A DNA stretch of 64,000 nt. Source: a virus. Lineage: Duplodnaviria > Caudoviricetes. The DNA lies in the IMG/VR virus record IMGVR_UViG_3300005326_000040, positions 32,001 through 96,000 of that record; one strand, given 5' to 3'. Positions within the stretch are counted from its first letter, which is position 1. Each line of letters starts with the position of its first letter. The notes under the pieces are model-generated. The model searched no databases, was not told the DNA's origin, and saw only the letters and a list, made by a program, of their open reading frames with translations. Below, in pieces: positions 20,201 through 29,622 of this stretch. The position numbers were made by a program, and so were the translations under genes.

Positions 20201-20959
20201 GCTAAGGTTTCTTCCAAAGCCTACGCCGAATATGTTAAGCTCCAAAAACGGCTTAGAGAAGAAAGAGAAGTTAATCCAAATACTCCGGTAAATCCAATTC
20301 TTGGTAAAGAGTTCAATGTTGTTGATTATGTTGACTTGAAGGGCATAAAAGAACCAAAACAATACGACTTGATTCCAGCTGAATTGAAGCAGTCTTTGAA
20401 AGCAAAAGTTGAGCGAGAAGTATCTTTGGAGCAACTCAGAAAGAATTCTGAGAAGGCGAAAGAAGCCGAAGAGACTTATATCCAGACCATTCAAAAATTG
20501 CTTCGTCGTTTCCCGAGGACTCGCATGGGATTGGATAAACTACTTAGTGCCCCTCCATTTGGAGTTGCTCCGAAGTTTGAAATTATTCCAGCTGATAGGC
20601 GGCGCGTCATTGAGACAGAGCTTCGAGGTAAAGAAATTGCTGAACGTGAAGAAGCGCTAAAGCAAGTGAAGGCACCAAAGAAGAAGAACCTAGACCTATT
20701 GGAAAAGGATGTTATACCTATGACTGGTGAACAAGCCGCGCCAATACAAGAACAGGGTGAAAATATTGACCCAGAACAACTTGTAACTAATATCGAAGAA
20801 AAGGCCGACGCACATGATGAAGATATTAGCTCTGAGCTTAGTGGTGCGGCAGACGTAGAAACACAAGAACAATCTGCTCCGGTATCTTCTGAGAAGCCAA
20901 AGACCCCTAAATCTAGGGCCAAGGCTACCAATAAACCAAAGAGCAAAGCTAAGAAGTAA
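14222..20959 (+). CDS. Giant acidic coiled-coil protein (2245 aa), probable virion internal/ejection protein
   Basis: Uninterrupted ORF, E/K-rich helical composition, N-terminal leader ending LVKIAS, Lys-rich C-terminus. No enzyme motif recognised, so function is inferred. Confidence 0.85.
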   Translation: MEFNKSVENILTVARSYSTLVKIASEQSRQVFSVVDSILDIPYDAAARIHSRLSSFAQYGGGNRLYGILDTVPPTGAELLPMEDQPFTVIDSFAKKHPITHEEGDDRFKLVLYDDGIQYPMVLVSSSEGTEIRYLDTSFFDLEDFYEKTKKKAEEDLPAAIAQINRERKERNEDPDRPKNQPPEMPITTDEEKQEVFDEVHAALISDKVVGNMSSDFDAPNGSLGQVSAEAVGKLRAVMPEGESNVTKIDYARYFKYPEDANVFAQIMAIKDVTKRLAEAEQFLQKVGMVETEEELTLAPAWKFVELYNIINPNSPYYWLERARSYAERATKVCTLYNKIYTSLIVNPLRVKLVDAQKVDGKIVSANVLISDEKLALIERALPSAEEDLETKMFTYVPDTEHSYTSTVESPILAKEVRKLKSSIYFTKAMLSEVHSEKPDKYAIAKVEGGWKINSDMTQYIEHIFTYADVDFNLTFEAIVKDQGDSFWKMFDEYVTTYESLMNDAIADGVKVNVTNRDKLYTKRGHEQLDKEKAAYDQFGRLLQKQHIVRRDDKAWDFPSNDEVNPEIVLDSNEIQSEIEPAQTSQKVKLLSRALLEKIFIGFGDSDESRKSLEDIGEAIDNAKVFSSDVSMDITVGKLNVVTKNMHKILREYSVNRLREIFIDPEANKDEVERISAITESGKDMAGFFLGKDTVKNVLALESKVDSLENKKQEIETYDPEAQQQENQEKLVKVQGEIAKLDAELEADSKAHMLSNEEKMAIKKRTQYLKSVVKKLNSAPSLPTIKDVENQLVSAQKKLDDYLSAVEAEIPSKIATHVYFQLKEKVMELGYLTTWSDTVRRETRQKIVEAISEIFAKQPELAKQIVRECLDNKTHGYKFSEAKVNKFFIEPLKAKYPNLKKAWSGQISEEDQELYRQNQEVLGKIIFMTDVSGQEDTDDTDDLGNALSPAQLTEEMTQELVANTAQNLHAFDSILINYIRYFAKGQKYNQAITTLHNSKANFRNPQEFLEQYEAITENFVIYVASAIERNLRQSTEFNERIKEQSPRIWAYMYPDKQAQEEEPELPDEMKEMYLVEKENNQKKVWSYIRTRIEELVAIYNQTLEGYDDEDFTSANPARDLVKRLSVLKVRPKAIRSIVSKLRNNQRLPESKVIDVISEALSSQNAQPEVESNLELSRNIFTAMVETRSMLADSSGRYSLTITDNDIINPDAPANFAADKVLKGTGTTEGMLLNILEPITAVDPELLKRTVHTIGRARTISRPMDNTQEKLINSIIEEFVKFDKQLSNYRSAAIYKLYKEREDVEAQKGQHVFTPEEIKGEVLKMIADNGSTSILSSLLPNAGSNSLKDIMAAYAGERLDLISRFEEHANFMFSKRKREIKDEEGNVVSVEDVEPTFPLTDRFALVPTEGIIDKIYQVIPDKEGLIENGMTDIQIKKMIKRKLELLNLSNRLIERDESGKYKDTEYTTPPKYSNPGLKDPQYFEHISRPYMIKQKENMARLDTLFASEEKINCSMMVNIFYHLEAKYICPMGRKLADNNANDEAVVNAANKLFAHPSVRVYQKSIGESALQAYIVKRLEAIRNGESHSTEFVVNNITLVDAVVDSSIRLVASIRENEKQKRAQKGTQDFAEYEANAREVADTSFDDHDIDRAEDALNEQQSIIEQNQRIMDQPVDPAAIKDMVVYLISSRTNQSLNFAARSFLEEKKLQDKVESAKIFKTLPIVFDNKVSYIDVEAPPDPTKPDAKKRIIKEPVYDSPLYGTKGSPIVIRLAVKQLVVGGEDKGTPKGVPLEYLNYFNNASNANVNSWQDIQSQQEEKPNDVQQGLLEKYNPKGIQRLKQLSNMIGRQIWGTLNRNDYFYVRLVPFEYGGKVPSLEGPDVQDLEQSAPDDIVLYMKAYVQDALSAFTRNGKVYMDAVLTGTQLAQVKAAFKKAASMETMFLSTERKRRMLMEVQQEAGQKLVQEENEKAALKEEDEKLLQQAQEQFIGWYHMELAKVSSKAYAEYVKLQKRLREEREVNPNTPVNPILGKEFNVVDYVDLKGIKEPKQYDLIPAELKQSLKAKVEREVSLEQLRKNSEKAKEAEETYIQTIQKLLRRFPRTRMGLDKLLSAPPFGVAPKFEIIPADRRRVIETELRGKEIAEREEALKQVKAPKKKNLDLLEKDVIPMTGEQAAPIQEQGENIDPEQLVTNIEEKADAHDEDISSELSGAADVETQEQSAPVSSEKPKTPKSRAKATNKPKSKAKK

Positions 20960-20980
20960 CAGAAGCAGAATACAAGAAAC

Positions 20981-21010
20981 AAAAACGCCACCCTAATAAG
21001 GTGGCGTTTT
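20981..21010. terminator. Bidirectional intrinsic terminator between convergent genes
   Basis: AAAAACGCCACC-CTAATAA-GGTGGCGTTTT. Confidence 0.9.
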
Positions 21011-21034
21011 CTTTTGTTTGTTTCTATGTTTGTC

Positions 21035-23230
21035 TTACTTTTTGATAATATCCATTGCCGCAGCAAACGAAGCCTGACTATCATCTAATGGTTGATTTCC
21101 GAAATATTGAACCTCTTCACCCTGAAGAAGAAACTCTTTAGCTGTTTCAGGCCACTTTTCTGTTACGGGCCACAGGTCTTCATATGCGGTAAGCATTAGC
21201 GCCGTAGCAATAACGTTTTCTAAATCAGCAGCTTTACGAGGAACGGTAATGTTCCCTGAAGCCTTATCTAATCGGAAGATGCCGAACCAATAAAAGTCTG
21301 TTGGACCAATAGCCTCGACTGTTTCTTTATCTTCTGCAATAAGCGCGTTTTTGAATTTAGGATTTTCTTCAAATCTCTTGTATGCTACTTGATCGATAAT
21401 GTGAACAGTCACAACCATTATATCTAAAGAGTTTGGGTCTAAGAGAACAGTTACGGTATTGGTGTCAATTGGTTTGTCCGTCGCTGGTTCACCAAAAGAA
21501 ATGCCGGTATTTCTTGCTGCGGCGAGTTCATACTGAATTCTCTTTATATCTTCTTGCGTATAGCCTGTGTCAGCTTCTTCTTTTTCAAGAATTGATTTCA
21601 ATGATTGCCTGTCTGCATCAGTCATACAGGCTGAATCCATGTTTGGCACAAAGTACTTGTAGTCTGTTTGGTTGACTATATCGCTATTGGCGATTTTGGT
21701 TCGGATAAATAGGTTGTTGTATTTCTTTAGCGCATCAAAATACAGATAATAAAGTGACTTCCATTCGGCAGATCCCTTTGCTAGAATACGGTTTTTCGAA
21801 GCGATAACATCCATGATTGCTTCGGCTTTTACTTTAGGCTCCAGTTCTAACCACATAGTATACAATTCATTTTGAGCAACACCGTTTTGAACTTCTTCGT
21901 TCATCATTTCTTGAATTGATTGTTTTGTTGTGTCGGTGTTCTTTGCGTTTCTGAAATAGTTGATAATAGTTGTTGCATATTCTCTACTGTTGCTGATGAT
22001 GTTGAGCACGTCTTCTGGTGTCGCAACAAGAGCAGGTACAACTTTGATTCCTTCTGCGCTTTCACCGCTTTCTTTCGCAACAGCAACTTCTCTGGAGTAA
22101 GATTTGTACGCGTTGTAATATATCCAAACTATTTTGGTAATAACTCGCTGAATGAAAAGGGCGAGAATAAGCTCATAATGCTTCTTTAGTTTTGGTATTT
22201 CGCTTTTTGCAATTTTAGGATCTATATCTAGAATGTTATAAATAGCGTAAATATGGCTCATTAGGGTTTTTTCATAACCATAAACTTTGCCATCTTGATT
22301 TCTAGGAACAACTACCAAGCGTTCATCATCATACTCGTCATACGCTCCACTATCAAGTTCTGTCATCAAGTCCATAAATCGGTCTGGATCTTGGTGCTGT
22401 GTTGCAGATGTGAAGTTATTAAGAAGTAGACTTTGGATTTGTCTAAGTCTTTCTGTGGCAGGAGTGTCCTTTACATATTGCATTGCTTGGTCGGCAAGTT
22501 CTTTAAGAGCAGGAACTCCTTTTGTTCCACGTTCTTCTCGAATTAGTTGATAGATTGTACTAAAGTTATCATCGAAAAGCTTCCTGCTATTGTTAGAAGT
22601 GCCTTTGAATTTATTATGTTTTTCAGCAATTTCTCGCCTTCGAATTAGTTCGTCTTGATCTTGTCGTGTAAGAACCTTGTTAGGTGAACCGCCACCATGC
22701 TCTCGAATTATATTGTCTGCAAGAGGCCGGGAAGCAGCCATAAATGTTGGTCCGTTTCGATATTTGCCGCCGCCCATGCCGCCAAGAATTTCACGAGCCA
22801 TTGTTAGAACACGTTCTTTTTGTTCTTCGCTAAGCTGTTCTCCAACTGTATCTCCGGCTCTGTTCTCGGGAATAAACTTGCTTGTATCTGTCGCTGCTTG
22901 TTCAGGAACGTTTGTTTCTGGTGGAACTATAGGCGGAGGAGCATTGCGACTAATCTCAGGCTTTTTGTTTTTCTTTTGCTTGATTGGAACGTCCAAAGTA
23001 ATGTCTGGTTCTGTGATGCCAGGAATAGATGGAGGCTGATTTGGGTCTATGTCTGTTACTCCTGGTATACTAGGCGCTTGCTCTGAGCTTTCACCATCAG
23101 TTACTCCAGGAATACTAGGAGCTTCTTCTTTTTGATCAGCTTGTTTGTGCATTAAATCTAAGTTTGTTGACGCATCTACGCTTAAGCTGTCAAGAAACTT
23201 TACTGCGATAGCAAATTTGTCATCCTTCAT
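21035..23230 (-). CDS. Large hypothetical protein with APSIPG repeats, probable virion protein
   Basis: 731-aa ORF, Pro-rich repeats near the N-terminus, KQAD leader motif. Confidence 0.8.
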   Translation of the reverse strand: MKDDKFAIAVKFLDSLSVDASTNLDLMHKQADQKEEAPSIPGVTDGESSEQAPSIPGVTDIDPNQPPSIPGITEPDITLDVPIKQKKNKKPEISRNAPPPIVPPETNVPEQAATDTSKFIPENRAGDTVGEQLSEEQKERVLTMAREILGGMGGGKYRNGPTFMAASRPLADNIIREHGGGSPNKVLTRQDQDELIRRREIAEKHNKFKGTSNNSRKLFDDNFSTIYQLIREERGTKGVPALKELADQAMQYVKDTPATERLRQIQSLLLNNFTSATQHQDPDRFMDLMTELDSGAYDEYDDERLVVVPRNQDGKVYGYEKTLMSHIYAIYNILDIDPKIAKSEIPKLKKHYELILALFIQRVITKIVWIYYNAYKSYSREVAVAKESGESAEGIKVVPALVATPEDVLNIISNSREYATTIINYFRNAKNTDTTKQSIQEMMNEEVQNGVAQNELYTMWLELEPKVKAEAIMDVIASKNRILAKGSAEWKSLYYLYFDALKKYNNLFIRTKIANSDIVNQTDYKYFVPNMDSACMTDADRQSLKSILEKEEADTGYTQEDIKRIQYELAAARNTGISFGEPATDKPIDTNTVTVLLDPNSLDIMVVTVHIIDQVAYKRFEENPKFKNALIAEDKETVEAIGPTDFYWFGIFRLDKASGNITVPRKAADLENVIATALMLTAYEDLWPVTEKWPETAKEFLLQGEEVQYFGNQPLDDSQASFAAAMDIIKK

Positions 23231-23250
23231 TATCTTTGCTCCGGGTTGCT

Positions 23251-25689
23251 TTATTTTGAATCCTGGGTCGATTTCTTCAAACGTTCTGCGATTAAGGCTT
23301 TTCGTCGAATAAGAGCTTTTTCTCTAAGGTCTTTTAGTATACTCTTTTGTGCTAAATTGAAACCTTCGATAATGGCATCACTGGCATCAGCCCCTACAAG
23401 ATATTCATCGCGGATATGTTCTATGGTTTGATGAAGAATATCGTCTTTTTCATCCTCATCCATATCATCTTCATATAACATGGCAGCAATAGAAGTTGTG
23501 AATTCTTTTATTTCTTCTGCTACATCTTGAACTATCTTACCTTCGATAACATTGCCTTTTTCATCGGTTCCAAGGGTTCCGTCATGAATGCCTTTTTCTA
23601 ATGCTTCAAAGAACCCAGGAACATCGATTGTTCTTTGAACTCGTCGTTTCTTTGCCTCGGGAGTTGTTTCCGGAATGGGAGGAGCAGCCTTTGGTTTATC
23701 AGAGACCTCAGGTTGCTTTATAGGCTCATCCGTTGGCGTCTTTGGAATAGGAGGAGCTTCTGTTTCAGTACTTGGAATAGGTGGTGCCTTTGTGTCCGTA
23801 TCTGGAATAGGCGGAGCAGTTTGTTCCGATGTGTCCGGAATAGGAGGAGCATCCTTATCAGGTTTTGGTTCTCTTACCTTCTTGGGCTCTGTGCTGTCAG
23901 TCTTTTTGCTTGGTTTTTTAGTACTTAAAATATTAACCATAGAGAATAGATTTTCTATGTTCTCAAAACCAAATTTCTTTTTCCAAATTTCTTTTTGGTT
24001 GTCGTCTGTTAAAGCATTGTACTGGTTTACTAGCTCTTTGCATTTGGCTAGAATTTTTACGAATTTATTTTCGCCGACCAAATCTCCGCTTCTCCTAAGA
24101 GTTCGTTTGAAGCTTTTAATTTCAGCCTCATTGTAATCATGATACTTCTTAGTGATAAATTCAAAAATTTCAGCGTCTTTAATATCAGATTGCATATTGC
24201 TGTTAGCAACAATAACAATAACAGCAGTTACATATCTGCCAAGAAAAACATTATACCACGACCCTTTAGTAACTTCAGAATAGCCAAATAGTTCTGCTGA
24301 TCTTTCATAGAGTTTAGAGCAACTTTCAATAGAAGCCATGAAAGGCTCTATAAGTTCCATAAGTCCGCTTGTGGTCTGCGCTCGATCTTTGTAGTTTATT
24401 TTTGTTCCGTCAGGAAGCGAAATATTTTGCTGTAGTAAGGCAGCTAAGAACTCTTTTATTTCATCTTTAGATTTGTTGTACCAAACAACAAATGTTTCAA
24501 ATGCGTCTTTTTTAGAAAGACCAAGCTCTAGTTCTCCTGTTAATGAAACGATTAGTTCGTCGAATTCATGTATGTCTATTCTAATTTTTTCTGGTTCAAT
24601 TTGGCGTATGTTGCCGTCAGAGTTCTTAGAAGTTAATTTGACGATTTTGTTCATAAAAGCAACGGCGAGATCAGCTTTATACACGTCAGGAGTAATAGTT
24701 GGATTCTGTTTTCCTACTTCGCTTACAATTTCTCCTTGTTCATTAATTGCGCTTATATTTCCATCTAGAATAACTTTGAGTTTATTGTACAGAGCCAGTA
24801 ATGTTCGGCCCTGATGAATATTCTTTTCAGCTGCAAGTGTGCCGTTATGAAGCCTTGTAATAATTGTCCTGAGAAAATCGTCTTCTTTTGGCTCCATTTT
24901 GTCTGATGGATTATTTTTGCTTGGTTCTGTTACTTTCTTAGGTCTCTTGGCGCTTGCTCTGTTTAATTGTTTCCATGCCGATTGAAGAATTTTAGCAGCT
25001 TCAATTACATCCTTAGCGTTTTCAACATCAGCAATATATGTCTTGTGTTCGTCAACAAATCGTGATATGTCATTTAAACTCTCATCAGATGTTACGTTGC
25101 TTATTCCTTTATTAGTTCTTCCGCGCTGATTTAGCTCGCTGCTAAAAAAGTTAGCTAGAATCTGAATAAAATCTGTTATGTCTTTCTTGCTAATGTTGGA
25201 CTGTCCAATTTGATTTCGAAGTTTAAAGTTTGCTTTTTGGAAATCTGATGCCTTTGGCGCTTCCTCTCGCGGAACACCCATTGGTTTCTTTTCTGCGGGC
25301 TCAGCTTTCGGCTTGGTTGATTTGTCTTTTTCAGGAGGAAGCGGACTTGTCATGCCTGGAATATCAGGAGCTTTTTCCGGTTCTTTATCTTCAACCTTTT
25401 CTTCAGTCTGTGTTTCAGGAACAGGCGGAGCAGCTTCAGGACTCTGAGTTTGTTCAGAGGTTTCGGGAATAGGCGGAGCTACTGTCTCTGCCACAGGTTG
25501 TTCTGAAGTGGGTTCTGCCACTGGCGCAGTATCAACAGTATCTCCCGTTAGAGTGTATTTATTTTTGTTCTTATTTCTTAGTCCACCAAGCGCATAGATG
25601 CTTTCATCAATTTTATTAACAGCTTGAAGCGCGCTCGCTTGGGAAAGTCTGATGATATTGTCATAGAAGGTTTTTTGTAGCTTCTTCAT
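23251..25689 (-). CDS. Large hypothetical protein with APPIP repeats, probable virion protein
   Basis: Likely start MKKLQKTF at 25689 with AGGCGG RBS. Two APPIP-repeat tracts. Confidence 0.8.
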   Translation of the reverse strand: MKKLQKTFYDNIIRLSQASALQAVNKIDESIYALGGLRNKNKNKYTLTGDTVDTAPVAEPTSEQPVAETVAPPIPETSEQTQSPEAAPPVPETQTEEKVEDKEPEKAPDIPGMTSPLPPEKDKSTKPKAEPAEKKPMGVPREEAPKASDFQKANFKLRNQIGQSNISKKDITDFIQILANFFSSELNQRGRTNKGISNVTSDESLNDISRFVDEHKTYIADVENAKDVIEAAKILQSAWKQLNRASAKRPKKVTEPSKNNPSDKMEPKEDDFLRTIITRLHNGTLAAEKNIHQGRTLLALYNKLKVILDGNISAINEQGEIVSEVGKQNPTITPDVYKADLAVAFMNKIVKLTSKNSDGNIRQIEPEKIRIDIHEFDELIVSLTGELELGLSKKDAFETFVVWYNKSKDEIKEFLAALLQQNISLPDGTKINYKDRAQTTSGLMELIEPFMASIESCSKLYERSAELFGYSEVTKGSWYNVFLGRYVTAVIVIVANSNMQSDIKDAEIFEFITKKYHDYNEAEIKSFKRTLRRSGDLVGENKFVKILAKCKELVNQYNALTDDNQKEIWKKKFGFENIENLFSMVNILSTKKPSKKTDSTEPKKVREPKPDKDAPPIPDTSEQTAPPIPDTDTKAPPIPSTETEAPPIPKTPTDEPIKQPEVSDKPKAAPPIPETTPEAKKRRVQRTIDVPGFFEALEKGIHDGTLGTDEKGNVIEGKIVQDVAEEIKEFTTSIAAMLYEDDMDEDEKDDILHQTIEHIRDEYLVGADASDAIIEGFNLAQKSILKDLREKALIRRKALIAERLKKSTQDSK

Positions 25690-25708
25690 GTTATAACCGC
25701 CTAAAGTC

Positions 25709-28030
25709 CTATTTCGCTGAGTTCCGGAGTAGTTGTAGAGCCTGTTTGTATGCCAACTTATTGAGCGCATGTTTGACAGCGCTTGCAGTTTTTTCTGTGT
25801 TTTGTTCTTCCTGCTTCGGCATAACGTCATCAATCAGCTGATTGTATTTTTGTTTCAATTGTACAGGGTCAGCACCCATTTTATCCGCTTCAATAAGTTC
25901 TTCGAGAACAAGCTCTCTGTGATCCCTCAATATTGTTTTGTAATTAAGCTCTTCTTTGTTTTTTGTTTCTGATCTGAGCGCGCTAACAACTTTGTTTATA
26001 GCAGTGTTCAATCTGAAAATTCCATTGCTTTCATATGTAATATCTGCAATCTGTTTTACATCGTCAACGGAATCTAGCTTGGAAACTGTTACTTCACCGT
26101 TTTCATTTTCTACAATTGTTGCTATAACAAGTGAGCCGTTAATAAATGCTGTTGGGCCGCTCTGTTCACGTATAGTCATTTCTACAGTGCCGCCTGTTGG
26201 ATTTAGCTTGGTTATGGTTACAAAACGCTTGGTTGCTTTTGCAGCTTTTTCTTTGTCCTTTATAGGAACGTCTTCTTGCCAAGTCCAAAAGTGAGAATTT
26301 ATTTGCGCGCCTTTGGCTTTTGTTTCTTGATAAACTTGTTTTGCTATTTCCTCAAGCTTCGGACCTTGTTTCAAAGCCATGTCAACCTTGATGTCTTTGA
26401 TGAGGGCACTGTCCTTACTAAGAACTTCATCCGTGACAAAACGCTTGTCAGGAACAACAGTCTTTTCTTTCTTAGCTTTTTCTTCGCTGAATTTCTGCCT
26501 TGCTTTCCATTCTTTCACTAGCTGCCCTCGAATTTGGCCTTCATGTTCGTCAATATATTTTCTCAATTCTGTTTCAATGGCGCCAAGAACCTTGAACATA
26601 TTAGGCCGATACAAAGGTGACTCTCTAACAGCAAGGTCAGATTTTGGTAAGTGTTTTAGATCGGTTGGTAAGAATCTGTTGAGCACTCGTTTGGATTCTT
26701 CTTCTAGAACTTCTTGCATACGTTCAGAAAATTTGGATGGCGCAGGTAAGGCATGCTCTTCAATTACAATATCGCGAATCGAAATGCCGTCATTTGCATT
26801 GTCATAGTCGAGCAGAATTTCTCTGGCTCGGCGTTCAATATTTTTGTCGTTTCTTGCCAAGGGCAGTTTCTCAAGCATGTTTGAGAATTTCTTCTCTTGT
26901 ACCTCTGGCGAAACATCTCCTCGACCCCATAGGTTCATAGTCTCATAATCAGGTTCGATAATCATTGATTTGACCCAGCTGAGATATGTGTCTTGATTCG
27001 GCACCTGAAAATCAACTCTTGTTCGCTTGAACTTAGCTGTTCGAAAGAAATACATAACAGCAGTGCGTGCTATATCTGGAAGAATAGACTCATAAAATTG
27101 ATTGGCAATTTCCCGATAGGCAGCTACCCATCCTTTTTTGACAGCAAAATGTTGGCGTCCTTGATCGTCTATCTCATAAATAGTGATATCATCGTTATCT
27201 AGTACTTCGAATTGCGCGCGAGTAACAGTTTCATTATATTGTCTTTGTCTTCTTCTCTCTTGCTGCTCTTGTCTTATATCCAAGATGTTATCATCATAAT
27301 CAGTTATAGCTTCGTTGAGGTTTTCATCTGTCTCATAGTTTCTTGGCGGATAATTTAACGTTGTCTTTGTCTTTGTGCGCGGCTGATTATCATACAAAAA
27401 GTCAAGCACTTGTTCTGCAAGAGCAAAATCTTGTTTTGTATTAAATTCTTTTGAAATCTGAGGCAGTAAGGCTTTAATTTCTTCAACAATGTCTTCTGAT
27501 AAATTTCTACACAATTCAACAGTATTTTCTGAGTCGAAACCATATAGTTGGTAAATGATATTGGAAACTTCTAGCATCCAACTATCAGCTTCTGCGCCCT
27601 CTGGTGAGACTTCGGGCTCTGCCAACTCTTGTGGCTCTTCTGCTGCTGGTTCCTCTACTGTTGGCTGAGAACTCATTGCTTTGTTGAAATTGGCAACAGC
27701 ATCAACGGCATCGCTGCTCATCTTTTTGTTGTACAATTCCTCATCAATCAAGCCTTCTTCTAATTCTTTATTTAGTTTGTTGATAACTTTTTCCAGTTGA
27801 ATTCTTAACGCTTCGGGCTTGTCCTTGGTTTTAGCAACAAAATAAGCTCTTAAATTTTCTGGGAGAACATCATACATTAGACTGTGGATTTCTTCCCAGT
27901 TCCAACGCATTTCTTGTTTTGATATTTCTACTTCTTCAGTAGCGTTTTTAATAAATACGGAACTTGCCTCTTTGTTCATGCCATACTTCGAAAGAACTCG
28001 AATCACAGAAGCTGAATGATAATTACGCAT
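25709..28030 (-). CDS. Large acidic hypothetical protein, probable virion protein
   Basis: Likely start MRNYHS at 28030 with AAGGA RBS. KEAS/KNAT motifs at the N-terminus and KTAS/KLAY/KQAL at the C-terminus. Confidence 0.8.
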   Translation of the reverse strand: MRNYHSASVIRVLSKYGMNKEASSVFIKNATEEVEISKQEMRWNWEEIHSLMYDVLPENLRAYFVAKTKDKPEALRIQLEKVINKLNKELEEGLIDEELYNKKMSSDAVDAVANFNKAMSSQPTVEEPAAEEPQELAEPEVSPEGAEADSWMLEVSNIIYQLYGFDSENTVELCRNLSEDIVEEIKALLPQISKEFNTKQDFALAEQVLDFLYDNQPRTKTKTTLNYPPRNYETDENLNEAITDYDDNILDIRQEQQERRRQRQYNETVTRAQFEVLDNDDITIYEIDDQGRQHFAVKKGWVAAYREIANQFYESILPDIARTAVMYFFRTAKFKRTRVDFQVPNQDTYLSWVKSMIIEPDYETMNLWGRGDVSPEVQEKKFSNMLEKLPLARNDKNIERRAREILLDYDNANDGISIRDIVIEEHALPAPSKFSERMQEVLEEESKRVLNRFLPTDLKHLPKSDLAVRESPLYRPNMFKVLGAIETELRKYIDEHEGQIRGQLVKEWKARQKFSEEKAKKEKTVVPDKRFVTDEVLSKDSALIKDIKVDMALKQGPKLEEIAKQVYQETKAKGAQINSHFWTWQEDVPIKDKEKAAKATKRFVTITKLNPTGGTVEMTIREQSGPTAFINGSLVIATIVENENGEVTVSKLDSVDDVKQIADITYESNGIFRLNTAINKVVSALRSETKNKEELNYKTILRDHRELVLEELIEADKMGADPVQLKQKYNQLIDDVMPKQEEQNTEKTASAVKHALNKLAYKQALQLLRNSAK

Positions 28031-28146
28031 GTTTTCCTTCAAACTATTCGGTACAAACATATATCAAAGTATTATCAGCCTAACAAGTCTTTTGCTGGCT
28101 GAAATGCTATTGTGAAAATTATAAGTAAGAACTGGCCGGAAATTGG

Positions 28147-28380
28147 TTATTCGTCGTCTGTCTCAGTCTCAGTAATTGTTTTTTCAATTACTGTGGCTTC
28201 GATAGTTCCAGTTCTTAGTGGAACCTTGGCAACCTCAATAACACAATTGGAAAATGCGTCACTTGCCCCGATGGACCATGTAACCTTTTGAACAAGACCA
28301 ATCACGTTGCCTTCACTGTCGTATATCTTTGTGCCGATACTTGTTCCGTCGCTGTTTATATACAATCGTGTTTTTTCCAT
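28147..28380 (-). CDS. Hypothetical protein
   Basis: About 77-aa ORF, AGGAG RBS. Confidence 0.7.
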   Translation of the reverse strand: MEKTRLYINSDGTSIGTKIYDSEGNVIGLVQKVTWSIGASDAFSNCVIEVAKVPLRTGTIEATVIEKTITETETDDE

Positions 28381-28388
28381 TTTAACTC

Positions 28389-29159
28389 CTACCACGCTCT
28401 GAAATTGCGAGTATTAACATACGCGCGGCTGTGCTCTTTAAACCAAGTAGAATCATTCATTTGATGCCATAATACAGAAGGATTCATAATTAAGAATTTA
28501 TAATCAAGCTTGTTACATACTCTTTCCATAAGCAAATCTGGCGGACAATGCTTTCGTTGTATAGCGTTCATCCCAATTATAGCTTTATAAAAATGTTTTG
28601 AAATCTGGCTCGCAGATTCTGCTCGCATTATATGTCCTTGAGCGCCTAACACTTGCCCAGGTTGCACTTCATGCAATGAGAAGTTTTCAATCGCAACGCC
28701 TACGGGACGAGTATAGTAATCCCAATATTGAGGAAAAAATATATCGTGAAGACTAAGTACAATAGGCTTATTTATTGTAGATTCTGCCGCGCAGAGTAGA
28801 TTAATGGATTTTTTTAACCAGTTTCTGGTAAAAAGAACATCATCCTCTAACTCAACAACAATCTCACTTCGTGCCGATGCCCACTCCAATGTGCGCGCTA
28901 TATTATTAACGCCGGTATATTTTACTTTGTCGATTTCGTCATAAATGGCAAGCTCATCTTCGGTGCGAACAGTTAACCCAACCTCAGGTAAAACATTAGC
29001 CTCAAAACCATCAGAAAAAACCCTTATATCACTAGGATTTACTAGACTGTCAGCCGCAATACAGGCTTTTAATGTAATGGGAAGAGGGTCAGGAACCCTT
29101 GGATATGTAATAATTCCAATTGAAATTTTACAGTTGCATGATTGGTCAAAGGTAGCCAT
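28389..29159 (-). CDS. GT-A fold glycosyltransferase-like protein
   Basis: IGIITYPR, VFSDG, VELEDDVLF (DxD-like), QGHIM, NPSVLWH. Confidence 0.65.
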   Translation of the reverse strand: MATFDQSCNCKISIGIITYPRVPDPLPITLKACIAADSLVNPSDIRVFSDGFEANVLPEVGLTVRTEDELAIYDEIDKVKYTGVNNIARTLEWASARSEIVVELEDDVLFTRNWLKKSINLLCAAESTINKPIVLSLHDIFFPQYWDYYTRPVGVAIENFSLHEVQPGQVLGAQGHIMRAESASQISKHFYKAIIGMNAIQRKHCPPDLLMERVCNKLDYKFLIMNPSVLWHQMNDSTWFKEHSRAYVNTRNFRAW

Positions 29160-29166
29160 AGAAGAT

Positions 29167-29607
29167 TTAACCCTTTAAGAGTTCAGCTACCAAAGCTTCT
29201 ACATCACTTAGCTTCACGATAAGCGCATCAGCTTTGATTGCTTTCAAAATCATTCCCTTACTTTTCCCCTCATTGCTCCCAGGCCCAATCTCAAAACCCT
29301 TCTCAAGAACATAAGCTCGAAGCTCTTCTTGTGTAAGAGGCTTTGGAAGATACTTTTCTAGCAGCAATGATTCTTTTTCTAGTCTTTCCATTTCCTTCGC
29401 CCGAGCAGAATCATCCTTAATAGCGTCAATAGAAGTAGAAATTCCACTAATTAACTTTTTGATAATAGCAAGCTTATCCGCCTCTGAAGATTTTTCCGTA
29501 CAACGAAGCTGAATCTCTCCTAAAGCTAGCCTCAAAATATCTTTGGCTAGTTCGTCTTTTTGCTTCATTGATACTAAAATGTCATTTCGTAGGTCTTGCT
29601 CTAACAT
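29167..29607 (-). CDS. yqeY: GatB/YqeY domain protein
   Basis: LRNDILVSMKQKDELAKDILRLALGEI...E..LLEKYLPKPLTQEEL pattern. Confidence 0.8.
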   Translation of the reverse strand: MLEQDLRNDILVSMKQKDELAKDILRLALGEIQLRCTEKSSEADKLAIIKKLISGISTSIDAIKDDSARAKEMERLEKESLLLEKYLPKPLTQEELRAYVLEKGFEIGPGSNEGKSKGMILKAIKADALIVKLSDVEALVAELLKG

Positions 29608-29622
29608 AATAGCCTTCTTTCT

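Noticed and set aside
14222-20959. Virion RNA polymerase or tape measure protein
   Set aside because: No DxxGR/DFDGD or NADFDGD motif and no regular tape-measure periodicity seen by eye.
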